Below are positions 40,105 to 49,852 of a stretch of DNA of 60,723 nucleotides, piece by piece. Position numbers and translations under genes: made by a program. The number at the start of each line of letters is the position of its first letter. The first letter of the stretch is position 1. The notes under the pieces are model-generated. The model was not told the DNA's origin. It was given only the letters and a program-made list of their open reading frames with translations, and made no database searches. This DNA is from Candidatus Arcticimaribacter sp. (GTDB taxonomy: Bacteria > Bacteroidota > Bacteroidia > Flavobacteriales > Flavobacteriaceae). Location: positions 1 to 60,723 of the forward strand of contig JBDNAJ010000015.1 in assembly GCA_039768455.1 (NCBI GenBank), in the 5' to 3' direction.

Positions 40105-41553
40105 ATGGGAGGAAGAAAAATTTCATTGAGGTCGAGGATATTTTTCTCTATGATTGTCCTGACAATTTTCTCCTTATTGTTAATCCTTTTCGCTTCTTAT
40201 TTGCAATACAATGCTCAAAGTGAAGACTATAATTTAAGACGACTTTTCCGAAAAGAAACGCAAGTAAAAACCCATCTGAATTATTTGATGCAGCGCGACA
40301 CTGCCTTTCAAGAAATTCAACAAAAAAAGGCGAATTATCAGCAGGAATTCACTTCTATTGCAGCCATTCACAAAGTGCAATACGCGCTTTTTACCCTAGA
40401 GGGTTTACCCCTTTTTTATTCTTATGCAGAAATGGGGAAAGAGGACGAAAATTATCGCTTGTCCCAAGAAGTAATAACGCAATTATTCGAAGATCAAAGT
40501 CTTCGGTTATTGCAACAAAATCAAGCAGAGAAAGGAAAATTTCAATCCTCCTACAGTGTCTTGTCAGATGATAATGGGCAGCCTTATGTGATTTTATATT
40601 TCCCTTATTTTGAAGATGTATCTTTTAGCACGACAGAGTTAAACACCTTTTTAACCCGGGTATACCAGATCTCTTTATTGATGACGATTATTACTTTTTC
40701 TTTTGCCTTTTTATTGTCAGGATTTATCACACGTCCGATAGAAAACCTTCGAAATAAAATCGATAAAATTGGTCTCTTAAAAGGCAATAAAAGGGTTACA
40801 CTAGATAATGCCAGTAAAGAGATCGACAGTCTAGTGACCTCTTTTAACAGTATGTTAGATGCCTTAGAAGCGAGTGCAGAAAAATTAGCAAAAAGTGAAC
40901 GGGAGCAAGCCTGGCAGGAAATGGCCAAACAGGTAGCGCATGAGATTAAAAACCCGTTAACCCCTATGCGATTGACCATTCAAAGCTTTCAGCAGCGTTT
41001 TGACCCTTCAGCAGAAAATAGTCTGGATAAACTAAACGATTTCTCTAAAACCTTGATCGAGCAAATCGATACCATGAGTAGGGTAGCCAGTGCTTTCTCT
41101 GATTTTGCCACCCTTCCACAACCCAATATCCTAGAAGAGGACATTACAGAAATTACGCGTCTTGCCACAGAAATTTTTGACACGGCAAAAATCAAATTAA
41201 ATTTCCCTTCAAAAGCTGTGGTTTGGCCTATCGATAGAACCCAGTGGATTAGGGTAATGACCAACTTAATACAGAACGCGATTCAGGCTGTCCCTCAAGG
41301 AAAATCTCCCGCGATTGAAGTTACCTTAAGGGCGACAAAACAAAAACTAAAGGTTCAGATTAAAGACAATGGTACAGGGATTTCTCCAGATGATATCCCT
41401 AGGGTATTTGAACCAAAATTCACTACAAAAACCGGGGGCATGGGCTTAGGCCTTGCCATTGTAAAAAATATCATTTCTTCTTTTAATGGAACAATAGACT
41501 TTCGCTCTTCTTTTGAAAAAGGAACCACTTTTTATATAGAATTAAATCGATAA
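40105..41553 (+). CDS. Membrane sensor histidine kinase (NtrY-like, HAMP)
   Basis: Two TM helices, MAKQVAHEIKNPLTP H-box, NLIQNA, DNGTG, FTTK, GMGLGL. Confidence 0.93.
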   Translation: MGGRKISLRSRIFFSMIVLTIFSLLLILFASYLQYNAQSEDYNLRRLFRKETQVKTHLNYLMQRDTAFQEIQQKKANYQQEFTSIAAIHKVQYALFTLEGLPLFYSYAEMGKEDENYRLSQEVITQLFEDQSLRLLQQNQAEKGKFQSSYSVLSDDNGQPYVILYFPYFEDVSFSTTELNTFLTRVYQISLLMTIITFSFAFLLSGFITRPIENLRNKIDKIGLLKGNKRVTLDNASKEIDSLVTSFNSMLDALEASAEKLAKSEREQAWQEMAKQVAHEIKNPLTPMRLTIQSFQQRFDPSAENSLDKLNDFSKTLIEQIDTMSRVASAFSDFATLPQPNILEEDITEITRLATEIFDTAKIKLNFPSKAVVWPIDRTQWIRVMTNLIQNAIQAVPQGKSPAIEVTLRATKQKLKVQIKDNGTGISPDDIPRVFEPKFTTKTGGMGLGLAIVKNIISSFNGTIDFRSSFEKGTTFYIELNR

Positions 41554-41557
41554 ATCA

Positions 41558-42334
41558 ATGATGACATTTGAGCACCTTTTAGTTGAAAAACAAGATAAAA
41601 TTGCCTGGGTAAGTTTACATCGTCCTAAAAAATTAAACGCCTTAAATGCTGCCCTATTAGAAGAGCTTCATCATTTATTTCAAGGCCTAGCAGAGGATAG
41701 TGAAGTTCGCGTAATTGTGTTAACGGGAAGCGGTGAAAAAGCTTTTGTCGCGGGAGCAGATATCGCAGAATTTGCACAATTTGACGCCCAGCAAGGGGAG
41801 GCATTATCGCGTAAAGGACAAGAGAAGGTTTTTGATTTAATTGCGCAATCTTCTAAGCCAGTGATTGCAGCCATTAACGGTTTTTCCCTAGGAGGCGGGC
41901 TTGAATTAGCCTTGTCCTGTCATATCAGAATTGCTTCAAAAAATGCCCGTATGGGCTTACCTGAAACTTCTTTGGGGGTTATTCCAGGTTATGGTGGAAC
42001 TCAGCGTTTAGCGCAACTCATTGGCCGTGGGAGAGCAACAGATTTGATTTTAACCTGTAGAATGATGGGGGCAGAAGAAGCCTTGCAAGTTGGTCTTGTT
42101 ACCCAGGTGGTTGCTCAAGAAGAACTTTTAGCGAGCGCTGCAATATTAGCCGATAAAATCATGCAGAATTCTTCTAATGCTTTGGGACATGCATTGGCTG
42201 CGATTGATGCGGGTTATCAAGAAGGCGTAGACGGTTTTGAACAAGAGATTAAAGCCTTTGGCCAATGCTTTGGCCATCCAGAATTTAAAGAGGGTACACA
42301 AGCTTTTTTAGAGAAGCGAAAGGCTAATTTTTAA
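41558..42334 (+). CDS. Enoyl-CoA hydratase/crotonase family protein
   Basis: AFVAGADI, GGGLELAL, PETSLGVIPGYGGTQRL. Confidence 0.93.
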   Translation: MMTFEHLLVEKQDKIAWVSLHRPKKLNALNAALLEELHHLFQGLAEDSEVRVIVLTGSGEKAFVAGADIAEFAQFDAQQGEALSRKGQEKVFDLIAQSSKPVIAAINGFSLGGGLELALSCHIRIASKNARMGLPETSLGVIPGYGGTQRLAQLIGRGRATDLILTCRMMGAEEALQVGLVTQVVAQEELLASAAILADKIMQNSSNALGHALAAIDAGYQEGVDGFEQEIKAFGQCFGHPEFKEGTQAFLEKRKANF

Positions 42335-43058
42335 CCCCTTCTTTTACGGCATTTTCTAACAAATCAATCGCTTTTTCCATTTCCATTTTATGTGGCAAAA
42401 TGGCTTTTTTAACCCTTACTTCTAAACGTACTCCTAATGGCATAGGGAAGTATTTCCACTGGGCTAATTTCCAAGAATTATTGATGCTAACGGGGATCAA
42501 TACCGGATTTTCAATATTGGCCAACAAGGTGCGCAAACCTGCTCGTTGAAATTTTTTAGGTTGCCCATTGCGGGTTCTTGTTCCTTCGGGGAAGATCACC
42601 ACCGACCAGTTGTTTTCTTGAACATTTTTCGCAAAAGTAGCTATGGCTTCTAGGGAAGCCAAAGGAGCTTTTCGATCAATTAAGACATTACCGCCATTGC
42701 GCAAATGATAAGAAATACTAGGTAGCCCTTTTCCCAGTTCTTTTTTGGCGACAAACTTGGGATGGTATTTTCTCAAATACCAAATAAGGGGTGGGATATC
42801 ATAAGTGCTTTGATGATTTGCCGCAAAGATCAAAGTGCCTTCTTGTGGTAGAGGATCTGATACTTTAAAGACGATTCTTGTCCCTAAAAGATTGAGGCAT
42901 CTTAAGAGTAAGAAATTTAAGATGTCTACTGTATTTTTTTGCGCGTTGAGACTTATCCACTTTAAACAAAATACTTGTATAGGATGGAAAAATAAGAGAC
43001 AACTACTAAAAAAGCAATAGTAGAGAAAAGAAAAGGGGTAAGCAAGGAGCTTTAACAT
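42324..43058 (-). CDS. 1-acyl-sn-glycerol-3-phosphate acyltransferase family (PlsC-like)
   Basis: NHQSTYD (HX4D) and IFPEGTR. Confidence 0.9.
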   Translation of the reverse strand: MLKLLAYPFSFLYYCFFSSCLLFFHPIQVFCLKWISLNAQKNTVDILNFLLLRCLNLLGTRIVFKVSDPLPQEGTLIFAANHQSTYDIPPLIWYLRKYHPKFVAKKELGKGLPSISYHLRNGGNVLIDRKAPLASLEAIATFAKNVQENNWSVVIFPEGTRTRNGQPKKFQRAGLRTLLANIENPVLIPVSINNSWKLAQWKYFPMPLGVRLEVRVKKAILPHKMEMEKAIDLLENAVKEGVKN

Positions 43059-43075
43059 CCACCTTTTAGATTGGT

Positions 43076-43486
43076 TTAGCAGTGCTCGTCGTAAGCTTGT
43101 CTTAAGTTAGCAGCAATCATATCTGCAGGGCGACCTTCGATATGGTGACGTTCTAACATATGCACTAATTCTCCGTCTTTAAATAATGCCATTGAAGGAG
43201 AAGAAGGAGGAAAAGGAACCATCATAGAACGAGCAGCATCTGTTGCTTCTCTATCTACTCCTGCAAAAACGGTTACTAAAGAACTAGGGACTTTTTCGTT
43301 ATCTAGTGAAAATCTAACCCCAGGTCTTGCATTTGCTGCGGCACAGCCACAAACAGAATTTACGACAACTAAGGTGGTACCCTCTGCATTGATAGCCGCT
43401 TCAATCGTCTCTACTTCATTTACTTGTTTAAAACCTACTGCGGTTAACTCGTCGCGCATAGGTTGTACTAATTCAGCTGGATACAT
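43076..43486 (-). CDS. BrxA/BrxB family bacilliredoxin
   Basis: NSVCGCAA..ARP, TVFAG.D, PPSSPS, RHHIEG. Confidence 0.92.
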   Translation of the reverse strand: MYPAELVQPMRDELTAVGFKQVNEVETIEAAINAEGTTLVVVNSVCGCAAANARPGVRFSLDNEKVPSSLVTVFAGVDREATDAARSMMVPFPPSSPSMALFKDGELVHMLERHHIEGRPADMIAANLRQAYDEHC

Positions 43487-43593
43487 AATTGTTTTTTTTG
43501 CTTAGGCAAAGATAAAGAGTTTTCTCATTTTGACATTGTAGTTGTCCTCATTTTAAAGTTAAAGTTATCTTTGTTCTTAGAAAGATCAAGAGA

Positions 43594-44322
43594 ATGATAA
43601 AGTGGATAACGGCCATATTAGGATATACTTATTTTCGCTTTGGCGGAGCAATCTTAGGCTATTTTATTGGGAGTGTTCTAGAGCAGCTTTTTCGTCAAGA
43701 AAGACGCAATCCTTTTGCTAGTGTTACATCGCAACGCATGCAAGCCGACCAGGTGCAACTCAATTTACTCTCTCTTGCAGCCATAGTGATTAAAGCAGAT
43801 GGTAAGGTCGATGAAAGGGAGTTGCGCTTTGTGCGGAACTATTTTATCAGTAATTATGGAGAGGCTTATGCTTCTTCAATCTTCGCAAAATTTAATACAG
43901 AGGTTAAAAAAGAGGAGCAAAATTTAAATGAGATAACACGCTTATTTGCTCAAAGAGCTCCATATGAAACTCGCCTCCAGATTTTACACTTTCTCTTTGC
44001 CATTGCGAATTCCGATGAACATATAGCAGAGGTTGAGGTGCACAAAATTCTTCAAATCGCCAATGCCCTGAAGTTGCGTTCTATGGATTTTGAAAGCATT
44101 AAAGCCATGTTTGTAAAATCTGCAGACAACGCCTATAAAATCCTTGAAATTAGTCCAAGTGCTAGCGATGCCGAAGTGAAAAAAGCCTATCGCAGCATGG
44201 CGAAAAAATATCATCCCGATAAGTTACAAACACAGGATGAAGCCCTAAAAAAAGGCGCGCAGGAAAAATTTCAGCAGGTACAAGCGGCCTATGAAGCGAT
44301 TCAAAAAGAAAGAGGTTTATAA
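43594..44322 (+). CDS. DjlA-like co-chaperone (TerB-like domain plus DnaJ domain)
   Basis: N-terminal TM, KADG.V...E, C-terminal J-domain with HPD. Confidence 0.88.
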   Translation: MIKWITAILGYTYFRFGGAILGYFIGSVLEQLFRQERRNPFASVTSQRMQADQVQLNLLSLAAIVIKADGKVDERELRFVRNYFISNYGEAYASSIFAKFNTEVKKEEQNLNEITRLFAQRAPYETRLQILHFLFAIANSDEHIAEVEVHKILQIANALKLRSMDFESIKAMFVKSADNAYKILEISPSASDAEVKKAYRSMAKKYHPDKLQTQDEALKKGAQEKFQQVQAAYEAIQKERGL

Positions 44323-44882
44323 TGGATACGATTCAATTTTATACCACTTTAGGATTTCAGCATGTTACTGATCTTAACGGTTTAGATCATCTGTATTTTA
44401 TTGTTGCCTTAAGTTTGCCTTTTGGGATTAAAGATTGGAAAAAACTTTTGTGGTGGGTCACTTTATTTACCCTGGGACACAGTCTTTCTTTAATTGGCAA
44501 CTATTATGCGGGTTATGGTTTTTCTAGTTATTGGATAGAATTATTAATTCCTATCACCATCGCAGTGGGCTGTTTCCCCTTGTTATTGCAAAAAAGGCCA
44601 AGTGAAAACGGCTTTAGCAGCGTATTAACCTTTCTTTTTGGCTTAATTCACGGTCTAGGTTTTGGACGCTTTTTTGCGATGATGGTTGAACCCGATGCCG
44701 CAATTGTCGGCCTTTTTTCTTTTGCTTTAGGAGTAGAATTTGCTCAATTAGCCATTGTTTTAGCCGTGATCTTGCTCAACTATTTTATCCCAAAAAGAGG
44801 TCATTTCTTAAAGTTTTGGCGTTTGGGATTAGGGGGGCTAATCTTCCTTTTGGCACTTGCTATGATAGTTGAGAGAATCTAG
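44322..44882 (+). CDS. HupE/UreJ family membrane protein
   Basis: GFQH, DH, FTLGHSLSL, FGLIHGLGF, GVEFAQ. Confidence 0.88.
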   Translation: MDTIQFYTTLGFQHVTDLNGLDHLYFIVALSLPFGIKDWKKLLWWVTLFTLGHSLSLIGNYYAGYGFSSYWIELLIPITIAVGCFPLLLQKRPSENGFSSVLTFLFGLIHGLGFGRFFAMMVEPDAAIVGLFSFALGVEFAQLAIVLAVILLNYFIPKRGHFLKFWRLGLGGLIFLLALAMIVERI

Positions 44883-44912
44883 TTAACTTACCCCTCTAAT
44901 ATATTTAGCTTA

Positions 44913-46133
44913 ATGAAAAAGATTGCTTCTTCCTTTACATTGCCCAATGGCTCTGTCTTAATAAATCGCATTGCAAAATCTGCCATGAGTGAAAACATTG
45001 GGACCTTGAGCAATGCTCCTACAAAGACCTTGATCAACGTTTACAAAGTATGGGCAAAAGGCAATCCAGGTCTTTTGATCACAGGAAATGTAATGATTGA
45101 CAGCAAAGCGCTGGGGGAGCCCAGAAATGTTGTGGTAGAAGATTACACCCATTTTGAATTATTAAAAGAGTGGGCAAAAACGGTAGAAGGAACGGGCGTG
45201 CATTTATGGCCACAATTGAATCACCCAGGACGACAAGCCTTTGGTTCTATTAACAGAGAAGTTGTTGCGCCTTCGGCGGTCCCATTGAAAATGGGGGGCG
45301 CCTCAAAAATGTTTAAAGTCGCTACTCCGCTAACAGAAGAGGGGATTTGGGACATCATTAAACGCTTTGGGAATGCGGCAAGAATCATGAAAGAAGCCGG
45401 TTTTACGGGTTGTCAAATCCATGGGGCACATGGCTATTTGGTGAGTCAGTTTTTATCTCCAATTAGCAACACCAGAACAGATCAATGGGGTGGTCCACTA
45501 GAAAATAGAGCCCGCTTTGTTTTGGAAGTCTATCGCGAGATTCGGAAGCAAGTAGGACCAGATTATCCGGTGGGAATTAAAATTAATTCAGCCGATTTTC
45601 AACGCGGTGGCTTTACCGAAGAAGAATCGATGGAAGTCGTTCAAATTCTTTCACGCGAGGGAATGGACTTGATTGAAATTTCTGGAGGGACCTATGAAAA
45701 ACCCGCCATGGTAAAAGGAAATCGCAAACAAAGTACCGTTGAGCGAGAAGCTTATTTCTTAGATTATATCAAGAAAGCACGTAAAATAACTGACAAACCC
45801 TTGTTGCTTACCGGTGGATTTCGATCGGTAAAAGTGATGGAAGAAGCTCTTGCTGGAGGAGCGATGGATGTGATAGGCCTGGGAAGACCTTTTTGCTTGT
45901 ACCCCAATCTGGCTCAAGATATTTTTGACGGAAAAGAAAGCCGCTTTGAAGCACCTGTCCCCACAATAGGAATCCAACTGCTGGATAAAATGGGCGGGGT
46001 AGAGCTTCCTTGGTATGAGTTGCAAATTCAACGCTTAGGGAAGGGGAAAAAACCTAAACCTTCGCTAGCGGGGATCTGGGCCTTTTTGTTTACCCTTAGG
46101 GGAATGTTTTTAAAATCTTTTTTAAAGAATTAA
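44913..46133 (+). CDS. NADH:flavin oxidoreductase (old yellow enzyme family)
   Basis: NRIAKSAMSE, QLNHPGRQ, HGAHGYLVSQFLSP, N.RTDQWGG..ENR.RF. Confidence 0.92.
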   Translation: MKKIASSFTLPNGSVLINRIAKSAMSENIGTLSNAPTKTLINVYKVWAKGNPGLLITGNVMIDSKALGEPRNVVVEDYTHFELLKEWAKTVEGTGVHLWPQLNHPGRQAFGSINREVVAPSAVPLKMGGASKMFKVATPLTEEGIWDIIKRFGNAARIMKEAGFTGCQIHGAHGYLVSQFLSPISNTRTDQWGGPLENRARFVLEVYREIRKQVGPDYPVGIKINSADFQRGGFTEEESMEVVQILSREGMDLIEISGGTYEKPAMVKGNRKQSTVEREAYFLDYIKKARKITDKPLLLTGGFRSVKVMEEALAGGAMDVIGLGRPFCLYPNLAQDIFDGKESRFEAPVPTIGIQLLDKMGGVELPWYELQIQRLGKGKKPKPSLAGIWAFLFTLRGMFLKSFLKN

Positions 46134-46162
46134 GCCAAACAAAATTGATATCTTCGTTTAGC

Positions 46163-46594
46163 ATGAATAAACAAGCACAATACGATCGCGCCTATCTTTC
46201 AATGGCAAGGACCTGGGGAGACCTCTCCTATTGCGAACGCAAGAAAGTAGGTGCCCTAATTGTAAAAGACCGGATGATAATTTCTGACGGGTATAACGGC
46301 ACCCCTTCGGGTTTTGAAAATGTTTGCGAAGACGAAGAACACTATACAAAATGGTATGTGTTACATGCCGAGGCAAATGCCATTCTCAAAGTCGCTTCTT
46401 CTACACAATCATGTCAAGGCGCAACCCTCTATATCACCCTTTCTCCTTGTAAAGAATGTTCCAAATTAATTCATCAATCTGGCATCAAGCGCGTGGTTTA
46501 TGCTACTGCTTATAAAGATCTATCTGGGGTTGATTTTCTAAAAAAAGCGGGGGTAGTAGTTGAACATTTTTCTTTAGAAAACAAAAGCGAATGA
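46163..46594 (+). CDS. dCMP deaminase family protein
   Basis: GYNGTP, HAEANAI, PCKEC zinc motif. Confidence 0.93.
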   Translation: MNKQAQYDRAYLSMARTWGDLSYCERKKVGALIVKDRMIISDGYNGTPSGFENVCEDEEHYTKWYVLHAEANAILKVASSTQSCQGATLYITLSPCKECSKLIHQSGIKRVVYATAYKDLSGVDFLKKAGVVVEHFSLENKSE

Positions 46595-48177
46595 AGTCCT
46601 ACACCGTCTACATGTGGGTAGTTGTGCTACTTTCAATAACGCTAGGGTTTTTGATTGGGAGCAATCAACAAATTGTTCAAAATGTAGTGCGCCAACCCAT
46701 GACAGGAAATCAAAAACTGTCACAATTTATGCGGTATTTAGATCAATATTATGTCGATCAAATTGATACCGATAGTTTAGCCACAGAGGTGATTCAAGAT
46801 TTAATCAAAAAGTTAGATCCCCACTCTTTCTATATCTCCAAAGAAGAATTGTCTCGTATGGCAGAGAATATGCAGGGAAACTTTGTCGGGATAGGGGTGA
46901 GCTTCTTTATGGTAAACGATACCGTTAATGTGGTGCGAGTTCTTCCGGGGGGTCCCAGTAAGGCGGCTGGAATTTTGGCGGGGGATAGAATATTAATTGC
47001 CAATCAAGACACCCTTTATGGGAAGCAATTGCAAAGCCAAGACATTGTCAACATCCTTAGGGGAGAAGAAGACAGTCCTTTAAAACTTTCTCTCTTTCGC
47101 CCTAGTGAGCAGAAAAAACTATTGGTAGAATTAAACCGTGGTGCGGTTCCTATTACTTCTGTCGCGCACTATTTAGTCGAACCAGAAATAGGCTATATCC
47201 AAATCAATCGTTTTGCCGAAACGACTACAAAAGAATTTGGCAAAGCCATAACAATGCTAAAGCAGCAAGGAATGACGCAGCTAATTTTAGACCTGCGTAA
47301 TAATCCAGGGGGATATTTAGATGCCGCTGAAGAAATTGCCGATACCTTCTTAAGCGAAGGCAAGTCGATCGTTATGGTCGAGAGCAACAAAGGAGAGCAA
47401 GAAGTAACTTATGCCACAAAAGAAGGTGCCTTTGAAGAGGGGCAAGTCTATGTTTTGATTGATGGGGAATCTGCCTCTGCAAGTGAAGTGGTGGCCGGAG
47501 CACTGCAAGACAATGATCGCGCTTGGATTTTAGGGCAGCGCAGTTTTGGGAAAGGCTTAGTACAACAGCAAATGCCGCTAGGGACTAAAGAAGCGGTTCG
47601 TCTAACCACAGCGAGGTATTATACCCCTACAGGACGATCGATACAGCGGTCTTATGACAAAGGGAATGAAGCTTATTATGACGAAGTTCAAGAGCGTTAT
47701 AAAACAGGAGAAATTGCCGATGCGACAAAAATACCTCAAAACGATTCTCTTGCGTTTACAACCCCAAAGGGGAGGGTGGTTTATGGCGGCGGCGGTATAG
47801 TGCCAGACATTTATGTGGCAAATACAGCGAGTTTAGACGAAGAATGGAGCAGTTATCTTTTGCGCTCAAATCTAATAAATCACTTTGTTTTTAGAGAATT
47901 AGATCAACGGCGTGAAGACTTTGATGGGCTTGACCGGGAAACATTTATAACTTCCGCTTTAGCGGAAAAAGAACGATGGATCACCGCTTTGAAGCAATAC
48001 ATAAAAGAGCAAGGAGTTCCTTTGCAATTAGAAGATGAGGAGCTTGCTACCATCGCAATACATTCTTATTTAGGCTTACAGCTTTTTGACGAAGCTGCGC
48101 GTTTAGAAATCCTTCATCGTCAGGACGAATTTATCCAAAAAGCCCTGCAAGAACTTAAAGAAAAACCTTTAGATTAA
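46591..48177 (+). CDS. S41 C-terminal processing peptidase with PDZ domain
   Basis: LDPHS, GIGV, LDLRNNPGG, SASASE, SFGKG, ARYYTP.G. Confidence 0.94.
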   Translation: MKSYTVYMWVVVLLSITLGFLIGSNQQIVQNVVRQPMTGNQKLSQFMRYLDQYYVDQIDTDSLATEVIQDLIKKLDPHSFYISKEELSRMAENMQGNFVGIGVSFFMVNDTVNVVRVLPGGPSKAAGILAGDRILIANQDTLYGKQLQSQDIVNILRGEEDSPLKLSLFRPSEQKKLLVELNRGAVPITSVAHYLVEPEIGYIQINRFAETTTKEFGKAITMLKQQGMTQLILDLRNNPGGYLDAAEEIADTFLSEGKSIVMVESNKGEQEVTYATKEGAFEEGQVYVLIDGESASASEVVAGALQDNDRAWILGQRSFGKGLVQQQMPLGTKEAVRLTTARYYTPTGRSIQRSYDKGNEAYYDEVQERYKTGEIADATKIPQNDSLAFTTPKGRVVYGGGGIVPDIYVANTASLDEEWSSYLLRSNLINHFVFRELDQRREDFDGLDRETFITSALAEKERWITALKQYIKEQGVPLQLEDEELATIAIHSYLGLQLFDEAARLEILHRQDEFIQKALQELKEKPLD

Positions 48178-48384
48178 TTAAAAGTCCTTCCCTTTTTGCT
48201 TGGCATTTATCTTTAGCGATAGCAAAAGAATCCAAATTAAAAGTAAAGCAGAACCTGAAGCTAAAATTCCAATAATGGCGACCAGGCTGTCTCCTTCTGT
48301 AGGCATTTCCCAGTCAATCTTAGTGACGTTAAAAATCATCATTCCTAAGGCCAGTACTGCCATAACACGCAAGAAGTTTTTCAT
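48178..48384 (-). CDS. Small two-TM hypothetical protein
   Basis: 68 aa with two hydrophobic helices, downstream of the MarC-family gene on the same strand. Confidence 0.7.
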   Translation of the reverse strand: MKNFLRVMAVLALGMMIFNVTKIDWEMPTEGDSLVAIIGILASGSALLLIWILLLSLKINAKQKGKDF

Positions 48385-48395
48385 AAGTATATTGT

Positions 48396-48968
48396 TTAAA
48401 AGAGTTGCTGCACGTTTGATGTAAAGAGTTTTACAGCAATAGCTAATAGGACTACGCCAAAAACTTTTCGGATAATATTAATCCCAGATCGTCCCAGCAG
48501 TTTTTCAATTCTACTAGAAGATTTTAAGATGATATAGACAATAATGATGTTGATCACAATAGCAATAATGATATTAACTACATGATATTCTGCTCTAAGG
48601 GAAAGCAAAGAAGTCAAGGTTCCTGCCCCTGCAATCATAGGAAAAGCAAGCGGAACGATTGAAGCTGTATCTGGCTCGTCATTGTTAAAGAGATTAACGC
48701 CTAAAACCATTTCAAGCGCTAGGAAGAAAATAATGAACGACCCTGCGATAGCAAAAGAATTGGTGTCAATCCCAATGAGTTTCAAGATTTCTTCTCCTAC
48801 AAAGAGAAAAGCAATCATAATTACCCCCGAAACAATTGACGCCTTTTCAGATTGAATATGCCCAACTTTTTCTCTTAATGAAATCACTAATGGGATATTG
48901 CCAATAATATCAATTACAGCAAATAATACCATTCCTGCGGTAAATACCTCTTTTAAGTCAAATGCCAT
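48396..48968 (-). CDS. MarC family integral membrane protein
   Basis: IVPLAFPMIAGAG motif, about six TM helices. Confidence 0.9.
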   Translation of the reverse strand: MAFDLKEVFTAGMVLFAVIDIIGNIPLVISLREKVGHIQSEKASIVSGVIMIAFLFVGEEILKLIGIDTNSFAIAGSFIIFFLALEMVLGVNLFNNDEPDTASIVPLAFPMIAGAGTLTSLLSLRAEYHVVNIIIAIVINIIIVYIILKSSSRIEKLLGRSGINIIRKVFGVVLLAIAVKLFTSNVQQLF

Positions 48969-49063
48969 CGCTTTGTGTTTTATAAAGCAAAAGTACATCA
49001 ATTCTCTTTGCTTTTGTGAGATTCAAAACGAATTTATCCTCTTCAAAAAACTATCTTTGACCC

Positions 49064-49633
49064 ATGATGCAGATAGATAAAACATTGGTTTCAGATGATT
49101 TATTTGAAAAAGAATTCGTTTGTAATCTACAACAGTGCAAAGGCGCATGTTGTGTAGAAGGAGAAGCAGGAGCACCACTGGAAGAAGGAGAATTAAAGGA
49201 ATTAGAAAAAAACTTTGAAGCCATTCGTCCCTATCTCAATAAAAAAGGCTTAGCTGAAATTGAGCAACAAGGGCTATATGTAAAAGGCTGGGATGGAGAA
49301 TGGGAAACCCCAATAATAGAAGGAAAAGAATGTGTCTACACCGTCTTTGACGATAAAGGTCATGCCGCTTGCGGGATAGAAAAAGCCTATTTAGACGGTA
49401 AAATTGACTGGAAAAAACCTGTTTCCTGTCATTTATATCCCGTTCGCGTACAACAATATTCAGAATTTGCTGCGGTCAACTATCACCATTGGCAAATCTG
49501 TAGTGATGCCTGTAGCTTAGGAGAACAATTAAAGGTTCCTGTCTACAAATTTGTCAAAGAAGCCTTGATTAGAAAGTTTGGAAAAGACTGGTATAATTCG
49601 CTCGAAAAAGTTGCTGAAGAAAAAGCCAATTAG
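49064..49633 (+). CDS. DUF3109-like Cys-rich protein
   Basis: FVCNLQQCKGACCVEG.AGAP, ECV, CGIE, KPVSCHLYP, ICSDAC. Confidence 0.85.
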   Translation: MMQIDKTLVSDDLFEKEFVCNLQQCKGACCVEGEAGAPLEEGELKELEKNFEAIRPYLNKKGLAEIEQQGLYVKGWDGEWETPIIEGKECVYTVFDDKGHAACGIEKAYLDGKIDWKKPVSCHLYPVRVQQYSEFAAVNYHHWQICSDACSLGEQLKVPVYKFVKEALIRKFGKDWYNSLEKVAEEKAN

Positions 49634-49681
49634 CGTTTCTAGGGTTTATAGGGCTTAACAGATGAAAATCAGTTTAAATAC

Positions 49682-49772
49682 TTGATTAACAAATTGTTAA
49701 AAACTAGTCTATTTTAGCAATTTATTGTAAATTAAGGCTGTTTTGTTAAAAACTATAGGTCATTGTGGATAA
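49682..49772. promoter_or_regulatory. DnaA box and related repeats upstream of nrdB
   Basis: TGTGGATAA at 49764-49772 (perfect TTATCCACA on minus); TTGTTAAAAACTA repeated at 49694-49706 and 49743-49755. Confidence 0.6.
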
Positions 49773-49852
49773 GTATGACTTTCATTTCTTCTCACAATTT
49801 TAAATCTTTGTTAGAAACAAAAACAGAACTAGAAATTCAAAATGACGAGATT

